Shown in pieces: positions 11,836 to 23,815 of a stretch of DNA of 64,000 nucleotides. The stretch's first letter is position 1; every line of letters starts with the position of its first letter. This DNA is from Octopus sinensis (Eukaryota): assembly GCF_006345805.1 (NCBI RefSeq), contig NC_042999.1, positions 126,666,001-126,730,000 on the forward strand. The letters are read 5' to 3'. The notes beneath the pieces were generated by a model that made no database searches, had not been told where the DNA came from, and was given only the letters and a program-made list of their open reading frames with translations. The translations under genes were made by a program, and so were the position numbers.

Positions 11836-14800
11836 ATGTTAGTGCACCATGTTGAAGGAGTGTGTACTTACACATATGACCAGGATCTTTATATCAATAC
11901 AAGTAACATTCGATCAAACTCTCTTCTTGACCTTTGCTGCCAATATGTTGTTCAACATGCTTCATTAACTTTGCAAGCCTTGGATTATCTTCCATCACAT
12001 CTCTATAGAACTCTCACAGGATTTGCAGTTGTTGGCCATCGAGATAGGGCTTTAAACTTCTTATTACCAAACTGGCCAGATCAGAAAATGAGTGTCTTTG
12101 ATTTAGTTCATGATCATTATACATCATTTAGTACAGTAGTACCTTGTACATGGGCAGAAGAGAAATACTACTTACCCAACTTCATTATCACAACATTTGT
12201 TCATAAACTACTTCATTGCTTAGAAAGGGAACTTCCTCTAACATTGCAGTTGTTGGACTTAAGCGGTTTTAATATAGGTAAGTGCTAAATACTTTGACAT
12301 TTCATATGAAATCAATGTTTTTTAAAGTCAAATGACTGGTACTTTGTATTAAATCATTTCTCATATTGCTTCTGGGCCACTTTCTCAAAATCTTTAACTG
12401 TTAAAAGAGTATGTTTGTAATCAAGTCATTTTCCATAAAAATCAGTTTCACTCTTTCGAGAATTTCAGTTTATTACCTGTAATTTCCGCAGACTCTGCCA
12501 GCTTTCATCCTGTTTAGTTTGCATGTTTACAAGTCCCTGAACTTAATGGTCAAACTATTACCAAAACGATTTTAAATAAGCATCAAGATCGCTTGACTTG
12601 ATGCAGGCATTGGCGTGTGGTTTGTCAACAGTCAACTAATAAATGAAATGGTTAGGGGGATCTGACAAAAATATATCCAAGGTGTGGATGACTATCGTTG
12701 GCAATGGGTTTTTAGAGCTATAACTTAAGACAAAAGTTTCCTTAGGAGACGGATATTTTCTCAGTATCACATTGTTTTCTATTTTACCAACACGCAAGAA
12801 CGCTTAAGTAAAATGTAATACTGAAAAGGTGAAATGCACCTATGTTGTGTTAAAAACACACAAATGTTACTTAACTCATAAAAAGGGAATATAAAGGATG
12901 GGGGTTCCCATCAACTTCCCAGTTGAAATGGGTACTTGTACCAGTGTATAAAACATTTCACCACTTTTGTTTTAATTCTGAATAATTTCAACGTCAGTAT
13001 ACACACAGCTGATAAAATGGCACATCTAAAGGCCTAACTACAGATTTCTGCCCCTCCGATATTCGATGATCATAACTTTCAGAAAAATGGATATTTTTAA
13101 ATAAAATTTCCTGCGAATATGTATTATATCATGTAGATTCTGAATATACAAATTTTTTTTGGCGCGGGGGGAGGGGGCGACTTTAGGAGGGGGGTTGCAT
13201 ATTTTTAAATGAAATTCTCTGCAAATATACCTCGGACAGGAAGGGGGTTATTTTTTAAAACCATTTCCCACTCGAGGGTGTTTCGGAACAAGTCGTCCAT
13301 ATTTTATTTTCTCCGCTTTTCCGATGTAGTGAGAAAAGTTCAAATGGGGAATTATTTAATTCATTACAGATTATGTAACAAAATTAATTTTTAAAAAATC
13401 TGCGAATGAGATGAAATAGATCCACAAACTACACACTTCTATATTTAACTGAGCGTGCATATTTCTTATTTATGCTTCTGCCTTTCTATTAGATACGTTT
13501 ACCTGGGAATTTACTAAAAGAATAAAATCGTATGCAACAGATTAAGTTGTCTTAATAGCATATTTTTGTGTACCAGACCGTTAGGTGTTATTTTTAGCAT
13601 AACGAGCTTTCTGTTGAGGGCTTCATTTGCCTTCATTGCACGGATGAACAAATACACAAAACGGGGAAACTGAAACAAATACGGACGACTTGTTCCGCCC
13701 CCCCCCCCCGAGCGGGCTACCCGAAGATAAATGACATGGACCGTACCCCCCCACTTTTCGGTTACACTTTCAACTATGATATAGTGCACAAACAAATTAA
13801 GATTGGGATGGTTTTTAGAGTAATCAATAAACTGAATGTTTGGGGGGAATAGATTATAAAGCTAAATCGTCACTGGTCACTAATCTGAGAACCCAGTCGA
13901 ACAAGAACTACCTTATCGCCCGCATAACCGATATGGTCTTACAATTTATCTCAATTTGCAGCATCATAAGCCATAAAACTCAAGGCATTAATTGCTAGGA
14001 AAACGAACCACGTGTACGCCATTATATTTGCACGATACAACCTAACACGTTCGAGTTACATCGTTACCAATCAATATGCTATGCATATTATAAATAGTAA
14101 TAAAATACAGTAAAGAATTCAGAATTTAATACAAGACATGGATTCTGTACTGCACTGTAATTTTTAAAAAATATTAGAGGGGTCGTTTGCCGGGTACTAT
14201 TTAAGAAGATTGGTCCCGGTGCGCGCATTCGCTAGTCGATCCTACGAATACCTAGCTAAGTAAATAAAACAAATTTTTTTTTACACAAACTAAATGTTTT
14301 AAAACAATGGATCGACTAGTCACGACTAGCGCGGATGCGCATCGGGACCACTCTTCTTAAATAGTTTGTCGTAGGAAAAAAAAAAACTGTTTACTTTTCC
14401 TATGCGTATAGGTTAGTTATACTATAACTTCAACTCACTAACAATATATCTAGCATATGAATTTAATTTTGAAGCAGAAATCTTCATACCAAGTTGTGAA
14501 AATGACACTATTCAGAATACCAATTTGTGAAATATATAAAAAAAAAAAAAAAATGAACGGATGTCGATATTTTCATTTCTGTTTAGTGTCTTCGGGGGAC
14601 ACACTACTCTTTTTACAGTAAACTGTTAATTAGGTAAGAACGTAACGGCGGTGTTGCAATTTTTTGGCTCTAATTTCTGAAAATGATTGACCGCCGCCAT
14701 GTGAGCCTCACTTCAGAATAAAAATGGCATCCATATTGTCGATGAAGAAATTGCCGGAACGAAATTCAGAATGGTAACCGATAAATGAAATAGGATTGTT

Positions 14801-17800
14801 AAATGGAAATCAAATAAATGCTAGATAAATCAGACATATTAAGTGTTCAATTGATATAAACGATAACGTAAATAACGGTGGTAGAAACGGAATATATTCA
14901 TGAACAGCGAACACACAAAAAATTCAAGTAAATAAAAAGAAAATTATACCTCCAATACACTCCTTTATTCTTGACACGCATTACGTGAAAATGAACAATT
15001 TCTGATTAGAATAATAATAAAAAAAAAAAAGAGTGAGTCTAAACAGTCATTTTTCCACAGGTGTGTCTTTTTCCCTTAATGTTGTTAAACGAAGCCAAAT
15101 TAGTTAATAAGGCCAATAGGGGGATTTGAGAGCCACGTGTTCGTTAACACGGATGGAGAAAAAAGTTCTTCATTCATTCTCTACATTCATTGTCTGAAGA
15201 CCTTTGAAAGTAGCACATGGAACATGAGAGACAAGTGTGTAGAGTTTGTGTGGTGAATCTTCATCTTCATTACGTCGGCGAGAAAGCTTAACACGCACGC
15301 GGAAAGGTACATGTCGGATGCCTTTAGACCAAATGTGTTTGTTCAGCTTTGTGTCAATACGAACATCCTTGGTTCTCATCATCTTTTCAGCGAACAACTT
15401 GATCTTTTTTATGGCTTTTGGTGCCTTTTTCTTCAGCTTCACGCCATAGACTTTCTTGTGTAGATGAATGGTACATTCCTTAGTAATAACATCATTCATA
15501 GAAGACTTCTTCCTCTCAAACTTTTGCTTCGCCATCTTTAGTCAGAAAGACCGGAACGAGGCTTGAGGCTTAATTTATATCAGTCGCCACTACTGCCACC
15601 TAGCAGCGAGACTGAAGGGGAATAACTCTAAACTACACTTAGTTTTCGCTTTCCTACTGCAATTGTTTACTTTCTCTTTTGTTATGCTACTAGATAAGTA
15701 CATAATTAATGCGGCTTTTTTTCAACAAATTTTATTCAACAAAAACAATAACAATATTTATCTTTAAATGACGGTCTGACCGTCTGGGATGGTGAATATG
15801 GTCTGGAATAATCATTTAAACATGTTTTTGTTCCATGTTATTGTTTTTGTTGAATAAAATTTGTTGAACAAAAAAAGCCGCAATAATTATGCACCAACCC
15901 AAGAGTATTGTAAACTAGTTATTGTAAAATAACTAATTTTATTTCTTATATCCTATTTAATAAAGATTTATATATCAAATCATATATGGTAAAATTTTTT
16001 TTCAAGATTATCTGTAGAACTTAATATATGTCGTAATCTGGACTCGGAGGCGTATCAACTCGATATGACACAACTAATTGGAAGGAGAGGGGAAGTTGGT
16101 ACTAGAAGATGTGTAAGAATCATAGGGGCAAGGCAGAAAATGTGTCTGGATGAAGTGGAGGCAGACGATGGAGCAGAATGTCACCTGGTGGATATAAAAG
16201 TAGAACCCACAGAGGGTTTATGATGTCCTTCCCAGGCCATCCAACCTGTTTACTTAAGACATAAATGAAAATACCTGCATGACACTTGTGTTCTAAGAGA
16301 GCCCCCGCTCTCCTGAACACATCCAAAGCAGCTGTTCTGAGGCACTAAATGAAGGAGACTGTGACAGCATTCGCATTTAGATTCTCAAGTGATGTTCAGC
16401 AAGAGGATCAAGTGACAGTGGAGATGTCCACACTACGTTAAGGGAGCACAGCTGAAAAATGAACTAAGGATATCTCTGATAGCTTGATTTCTACAGTACA
16501 CAACTGGGTGATGAAAGTTGAGCTAGAGAATGAGCTAAAATTTACATAAAATATTACTGAGAATGTGTTGATACCACATATTTTGGTTTCTGAAGCAACA
16601 AGTTAGCTCATCCTAGTGGAGTTAACTGTATATTGGGAGAGGAAGGGAGCTGAGTTCTAGAAGGTGGGCAATCAAAGATTTGCAGATCAAACATTGGGCA
16701 TTGCAAAAATGAGCAGAAGAAGAACCATCTAGAACAACTTCTAGAGGTTGCTGAGAAAGTATCTACTTTGTTCTAGCTGAAGAGAGGTGAGTTGTGGGGT
16801 TAGTAGAGCACCATATGTTATAAGACCCAAAACATCCAGTAACTCCAGGATTCAGTACTGGTGATGTGTCTAGGTACTGAGTCTGTAGACATTGAATTAC
16901 ATAATTGCTTAATGCATATACTCTTTTATTGGGTTCAGTCATTGGATTGCAGCCATGCTGGGTCATCACCTTCAAAAGGTTTTAGCTGTATTGACCTCTG
17001 GCACTTATTTTATGAAGTAAAACCCAGAAACGTATTTACCTTTTAAGAGCAGAAAAACAAAGTTGACATGCATGTAAAAGCATGGTGTGGAACAAATATA
17101 TGCAGTATATTTGTTCCACACTATGCTGGTATACATTTGAAATATTTTCACCTCATGTATATAAAATTTTGAAGCAGATTATTTACTCCATCATTATTCT
17201 GAGTGCCTCTATGTGTGATCTTTACGTTGGCAGAAAGATTGCATATTGCAAAAAAGTCTTAACAACATCAGAATGAATTATCAATTTCATGTATATATAT
17301 GTGTGTAATTTATATATATATAGTGTAGATCCTAGTAGGGTAAAAAAAATCAGTGTATTTCCAATTCAGCACTCTATGCGAGCTCTTGGCTATCTACAAT
17401 CTCATACAATAACTGAGAAAAATTGGAAATCCACTGATGTACAAACTCCAGGTGCTTTACTAGTAAAAGCAGTATATAAGCATTATGAAAAGTACTATAT
17501 AAGGAGATGGAGAGCAAATATAATACAACTTTGATATTAGTTACAGTTGTTTCTGTACCACTCCATTCAAACTACATTGCATGTAAATAACTGTGATGGT
17601 TGAATACATCAGAGTGGTGCTTCATCAAACTAGCATTAAGTCATACCTCTTTTCATTGTGTAAAGAACATATGTATTTTATGTTGTTTGTATAGGGAGGA
17701 AACAGAATAAAGAGTTCAAAAATAATAATAAAAAATAACATTTTCTATGTTAACCACTAAAGGTTCACAAAATGATCTAGAACAATATAGGTCAATACAA

Positions 17801-20800
17801 TGTGGTATTACATAAAAGAGTGCATAAAGAGAAAAATAAAATTGACAGTAAATTACAATAATGAATAATTACCCAAAAGAGGGATTCTTCTGAGAGCTAC
17901 ATCTGGAAACCATGCAAAACTTTGTCACTCTGACCACTAAGACAAGTGCCTTCTCCCTGTTGTCTTCATTCAGTCTAAAGGTGGCCATTCACTCAGATAG
18001 TATTCACCACTTTCATCTACCTTTTAACAAATTCACTGGAAGGTAGAACTTCCCTCTCTACTTTCATTTTCTTTTTCAAAACAATTGAAAAAGTTGATGA
18101 GAGCTTGGCCAAAGAAGGTGGTGGTGTCTGTCTTCAGTCTTTTCAATCTGGTCCACTACAGAACCTCTTTTTGCAAGAACCACCAGACAAATGAACACTG
18201 CCTGTCATTCCTAGCCAAATGAAAGTTGTGAGATGATCTCCATCAACAAACTCATTCAATGACAAGATCCATCCTACATGTAACTGTAGGTGTTCAACAT
18301 AACTCCACAAGTCAGCAGTGTTTGGGTACAAGATGAGTGCATACAGAACAGTTTCATTGCTGTACCTGCATCTCAGGCAGGTGCTACAGTGGTGTTTACC
18401 TTTAGTTGGCAGTGCTCCTCAGTAGCACTGTCAGACGAGGGATTTCTGGAAATTATCCATGGGCCCTCACCTGAAAGTCCTTTGGAATGAACCATCTACT
18501 TGATCAGCTTGTCAGTCTCTTTGAAGATGATGTACAAGATCACTTTTATGGAAGAAAAACTTTTCTTTTTCAACCTTAGTACATGACTAGTACTTATTAA
18601 CCACATGAGAATGAAAAGTAAAATTAATCACAGTAAGATTTGAATTCTACATGAAGGGGAGTTAGTAAATACCACAAATCACTTTGCTGCTCTGTAGATT
18701 CTGCCATTTACCATCATAAGAATAGTAATTAAAATATGTTTCAAAGAAGTTTAAAGGAATAAATGATGATGTTGTTTAGCTCCATGTCAGTCCTGATTGA
18801 GCAGCTCTGTAATCAAAGTTATTTCAGGATTACATTATCTAATGTATTGGTCCTTTTTAAGATGGTTGAGTGTAATGTGAGATGCAATTTAAGTTTTGGC
18901 TAGGTAGAGTTATCATTTCGAAGTTCCTTTGTTGGTTCATTTGACTGAATGTAATATTAGTAAATTACTAACTCTATTCATAAAAAAAAATTTTGTTTCT
19001 TTTGGAAATTATTTTTTACTGATATTTATTTCAGATGACCCAAAACTGCTGAAACTGTGTGAATATGTCATTGGAAATCAAAACTTTACTCCTAGAAAAA
19101 ATATACAATCTGGTAAGAACAATAAAAAAGTTCTTTCAATCAATTAAATTTCAGTGTATTCTAATAATTGTTTCTTTTTGTTCCTTTTATTTGATGTCAT
19201 GTTGGCATAAATTCAATAGCTTTCATTATATTATATTTTCCAAGGTAGCAAGCAAGCTTACAGAATTGTTTGTATGTCAGAGAAAACACTTAGTGGTATT
19301 TCTCATTACAATCAGATTTCAAAGTCAGCTGAGGTCGACTTTACCTTACATCTTTTTGGTAGAGTCAATACCAGACTTATTGCTGCCAGTCTAAGTGATT
19401 ATTGCACCACCAGAAAATCACTGCTTCAATCTGTGAATAAACATAAGTGACTCATATGGGCCAAAAAACACCAACCCTGGACCATTGATCAATAGAAACG
19501 GGTCTTCTGGACTGATACGGATCCCAATGTAATTCATGTGAGGTGAAGAATTGAAGAACAGGTGACTCCTGAGTGTATAATTCCTACTGTAAAGCATGGT
19601 GGTGGTGGGGGAATGTGATGATCTGGGGATGTTTTGCATGCAATAGTGCTAGAAAGGTAACAAGAATATTGAACCAAAACAGGTATCACTCTATCCTCCA
19701 GCATCATGCCAGTCCATCTGGGATGAAACTGATCAATGATAATTTTGTGCTGATGCAAGATAACGATCCTAAACATACTTCTAAGCTATGCGAAAAAGGT
19801 GACTGTAATGGAATGGCCAGCCCAATCTCCCGATTGCAATGCCATGGAAATTGTGTGGGATGAATTGGATCAGAGAGACAGAAAGCAACAACCAAGTAGT
19901 GCAGAAACCCTCTGGACACTCTTACATGAAGAGTGGCAAAATATTACCAATGAATATTTGCTTTCATTGCTTGAAAGAATGCCCAGGGTAGGGATCAAAT
20001 AGACCAAAGCACCAATCCTCATTTGTAATGTTTCATATTTAGTAACTTCAATTCTTACAATATCACTTGCTATTGCCTAACCTTATCTAATTTAATTGAA
20101 ACATTTGCAATTTTTAACTTGTGTCAGGTCATCTCTTTCTCAACATATCCAACATTTTACTCATGTGCAAACCTAATTTCTGTATTCATTAGTCTTCTGT
20201 GACAGCTAATTGCACTGCCGCAACAATTCTCTTTCATAGGCTAATTTTGTACCAATATGGTAATAAGCAAAGAAAAATACAGTTTGAAATCTGTATATAT
20301 ATTATCAATGAATCTTTATTTCAAAAATATATGGCATAATTTTTCTGATGTTTTACTTTTCAGTGGCAATACGATTAAATGCTGTTTTGACTAGAGCAGA
20401 TACTTTCAAGAAACTGGGAGAAGCTTTGGCAAAATGTATGAATTGTCGCTTAAAAATACAAATCAACAGACTAGACATTCGATCAATGCCATACATTGTT
20501 ATCAAACGTTTGCTGGAACTACTGAGTGGCAGAGAGGTAATTGAATTTTTATTTTTTAAAAGTACTGTATTTGATGGCATTAAAAAATACACAGACATAT
20601 TAAACACACACCCAATATCAGCAGCACATGTGCAGGATAAAAGTTTTTAGTAAATTAACCCTTCAAACTGGCCCAAATATTCAACCTGTTTTATGTTCAA
20701 ACCAACCAGATCCAGCCTCTCAGACATATCTTTCAATGTCATTCTAAAAATAAACAATCACATCATCAAAATTTTGAAGCTGTGAAATAATGCGTGACTA

Positions 20801-23199
20801 ATTCAAAACAATGTGAATAAATAAGCATTATATTTGACAAAGTAATCTGAATGCTTAAGGGTTAAAGCTTTTGGGAGACTCAACTTCACATATAGGACCT
20901 GGGGTGATTTTTTTAGAGACATTTATTTTTGGAAAAAAAAAAAATGGTGCATCTTATATACTATCAAATAGTCATTTTCTAAACTAGAATGAAAGAATAA
21001 CACACTTCCTTCATTCCACTTTGAGGAAGTGATACCACTTCCTTCATTCCACTTTGAGGAAGTGATACCACTTCCTTAGCTTTGCAATCAAGTAGAAAGT
21101 GTTGGGTGCAGAACATCAGCTGAATGTAATGATGAATCAACTCTATTTAAGAGCTAATTCATGGCTGGATAATGTTGAGCTTCATTTTTTTTTTCATGCT
21201 AGATAGGACATGGACCAGGATAACAAAGCAAATGTATGTCAGAATAAAAGTAAACATATGGGCAATTCATCTGAGTTGTTAGAATTAGAACAGATAGAGG
21301 TCTGCCCACCCATGCGGTAAAGGTGGTGCACCTATATTTGATTAGACAAGCATAGGGGTACAATGTAGAAGCGACAGTGGTATAAGTGAATGTACAACAG
21401 AACTAACAATTGAAATGAACCCCAAATTCAGCTCAAGAATTTAATTGTACTATAGGTGCAGGTGTGGATGTGTGGTTAAGAAGTTTGCTTCCCAACCACA
21501 TTATCTCATGTGTGTGGTACCTTGGGCAAGTGTCTTTCACTACATTGAAGCTCATCATTTTCCACCCATGAATTAGCTCTTATTTGCTATATGGAATCTG
21601 AAAGAGGCCCATCATATATATAACTAGTGACTGAAATTTCTGGCAATTTCCTGTGCTTGAGAAGCCACATTGAGCTAAGTGAAATCACAGTTGTGGCCAG
21701 TGCCACGTGAAAGGTACCTTTGCCGATGACATGTAAAAGACACCCAGTATACTCAGTGGAGTGGTTTATGTTAGGCAGGCCATCCAGTTGTAGAAACCAA
21801 GCCAAAACAGACTGGAGTCTGATGGTAAGCTCTCTGGCTTATCAGCTCCAGCCAAACTGTCTTACCCATGCTATCATGAAAAATGGATGCTAAATGATGA
21901 TATATATATATATGTGCGTGTGTGTGTGTTTGTATCTTTGTCTTGAGATCACATGGTTGTTGTAAATGAATGTCACTGTCATTCTTTTCCAATATTCTAC
22001 AAAAGCATGTCTGGCCAAAGAGGAAATATTACCCTACTAGGAAATAGATGAGAGCTGGTAACAGGAAGGGCCTCTGGCTATAGAAAATCTGCCTCAATAA
22101 GCACTGTGCAACCCAATCAAGCATAGAAAAGTGGACATTAAAATGATGATGATACAAAGTACTCAACAACTTAAGTGAAATGTTAATTATTATTAATATC
22201 AGCCTGCCATTTCTGTTCACAACCTATGTGATCATCAAAAGTTTATAGGTACTAAGCTATCCTTTTTAAAATGAAATATCAAGTAAAATATGTATGTACA
22301 TGTATATAATCTCTTGTTTGACTTCATGTTCAATGACATGAATGGAAATGGTGTCTTATGCAGAATTTGATGTTATGTGTCTTATTAATTATGATTAATA
22401 TTGTTGTGTTCTGTTAAATTTCTTTCTTTTCAATTTACAGTATATTCATGAAATCACTCTAAGGTACAACCATTTGATGGTGCGTGGAGTAGTAGCCTTG
22501 TCACCTTTCCTTCGAATAATGACAAGGCTGACCCATCTAGATCTGTCTTGCAACAACATACGCCTGCAGGATCATTTTAACTTTGGTACACAAATTTTAG
22601 GAGAACTTTTTGCACAGCTCAGCTGCTTGAAAGAACTGAATATGAGCAACAACTGGATAAAAGGAAACCTTCATTTACTACTTTCTAGAATATCACAGCC
22701 TCTTGAATCTCTCTGTATCTCTGGTTGTGGTATATCTATTGGAGATTTAAACTATCTGTCCAAATGTATTCACACCACTGGCCTAATTCATTTGGACTTG
22801 AGTGAAAACAATTTAAGTGACAAATTGCAACCCATGTTAGAATTTTTAAGTGCAGCCCGCAAAAACTTAAAGCATTTTGAAGTACAAAATTCCAGGCTTT
22901 CAAGTCACCACATGGAAGATCTTGGAAGAATGGTTTGTCAAATGGAAAAACTTGAGTACCTTAATTTGTGTTCAACAGTAATTTGTGAGTCTGACATGTT
23001 TAAATTGTTACGAACAATCTGCAATGCTGCTAACTTAAAACACATATGTTTTACTAGTCATATTGAGATGGGTCTTAGTATAGACAGCACTGGTTTCATA
23101 GCAGGAGATATACCAAAACAAATTCACACAATACTTCTACAGAACAGAAGAAATACAGGACTTAAAGTCTATTTTAAAATTACTCCTGATACTTACTAA
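11836..23199 (+). CDS. LRRC14: Leucine-rich repeat-containing protein 14-like (LRRC14/PRAME family), 4 coding exons, 483 aa
   Basis: Exons 11836-12277, 19035-19112, 20364-20536 and 22441-23199 all have GT-AG sites and compatible phases (1,1,0), total 1452 nt. N-terminus [23 protein letters not shown] resembles the PRAME/LRRC14 N-terminus. C-terminal LRRs include [22 protein letters not shown] and [14 protein letters not shown] context is gcaaccATG; the exon acceptor is at 11761. LRRC14 versus LRRC14B/PRAME orthology is not resolved. Confidence 0.85.
14196..14365. repeat. Foldback/MITE-like inverted repeat
   Basis: Arms ACTATTTAAGAAGA.TGGTCCCG...CTAGTCGATCC at 14196-14242 and 14309-14365. Confidence 0.8.
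15170..15535 (-). CDS. RPL31: 60S ribosomal protein L31 (eL31), intronless divergent copy nested in the LRRC14-like intron
   Basis: Intact 121-aa ORF with eL31 motifs ([52 protein letters not shown]). No introns. Pyrimidine-rich leader just 5' of the ATG; AATAAA on - at about 14964-14969. Confidence 0.93.
   Translation of the reverse strand: MAKQKFERKKSSMNDVITKECTIHLHKKVYGVKLKKKAPKAIKKIKLFAEKMMRTKDVRIDTKLNKHIWSKGIRHVPFRVRVKLSRRRNEDEDSPHKLYTLVSHVPCATFKGLQTMNVENE
15701..15891. repeat. Foldback/MITE-like inverted repeat upstream of the RPL31 copy
   Basis: About 53-56-bp near-perfect arms (15701-15753, 15836-15891) around a spacer of about 80 bp. Confidence 0.85.
16050..16790 (+). mobile_element. 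Decayed HERO-like RLE non-LTR retrotransposon, 3' part
   Basis: Broken frames read [62 protein letters not shown] and EVAEKVS, matching the HERO zinc-knuckle/endonuclease order. Confidence 0.7.
17870..18520 (-). mobile_element. Decayed L1/Tx1-like LINE 3' end
   Basis: [29 protein letters not shown] (degenerate CCHC) followed by [19 protein letters not shown]. Confidence 0.55.
19380..20010 (+). pseudogene. Tc1/mariner transposase relic
   Basis: Frameshifted Tc1 DDE motifs: [57 protein letters not shown]. Confidence 0.9.
21003..21077. repeat. 33-bp direct tandem repeat (2 exact copies plus a partial)
   Basis: CACTTCCTTCATTCCACTTTGAGGAAGTGATAC at 21003-21035 and 21036-21068. Confidence 0.9.
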
Positions 23200-23679
23200 T
23201 TTGCATTTTGTATATCATTTCTAATTTTATAAAGCATTCATATATAAATGATATTTCAAATCAAAACATGCATCATCTATATTTTGCGAAATAAGAATTT
23301 CATTGTAGATATTTTCAAATGATGCATTGATGTGGCTGTTTGGTAAGCGGTTTGCTTCTCAACCACAATTTCTAGTTCAGTCCCATCATGTGGTACTTTG
23401 GGCAAGTACCTTCTACTATAGTCCTGGACCGACCAAATCCTAGTGATTAGGTTTAGTTGGAAAAAAGAAAAAAAAAACTGAAAGAAGTATGTCCTGTACA
23501 TATATGTGTGTGTGAGTGTGTCCTGTTGTCTTCACATTGGATGATAGTTGTAAAATAGTTGTCCAGTGTCATTTACAATATTTTACAAGAAAATGTCTGA
23601 CCAATGCAAACATGGAAAAATGAACATTTAGGTGATAATGATGACATTTTCAAGCCAGAATTCTACTAATGAAAACAAA

Positions 23680-23815
23680 TATTTACTTCTGTTGAGGGAA
23701 GTTGTGGAATGGGGAGACTCAGGAAGACATGGAACGAAGTACTGAAAGCTGATCTCAAAATGCTAAGCCTTATGAAATATGTAGTACATTGCTGTACTCA
23801 AAATCTGCCCACAAT
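23680..23815 (+). mobile_element. RTE LINE 3'-end fragment
   Basis: VEGSCGMGRLRKTWNEVLKADLKMLSL resembles the RTE C-terminal GRPRKTW motif. Confidence 0.55.

Noticed and set aside
14640-14710. snRNA candidate (Sm-site-like AATTTTTTGG at 14658-14667)
   Set aside because: No recognisable U1/U2/U4/U5/U11/U12/U4atac sequence around it; such motifs arise by chance in AT-rich DNA.
21003-21077. Palindromic 33-bp repeats resembling CRISPR repeats
   Set aside because: No spacers, eukaryotic context, no cas genes.
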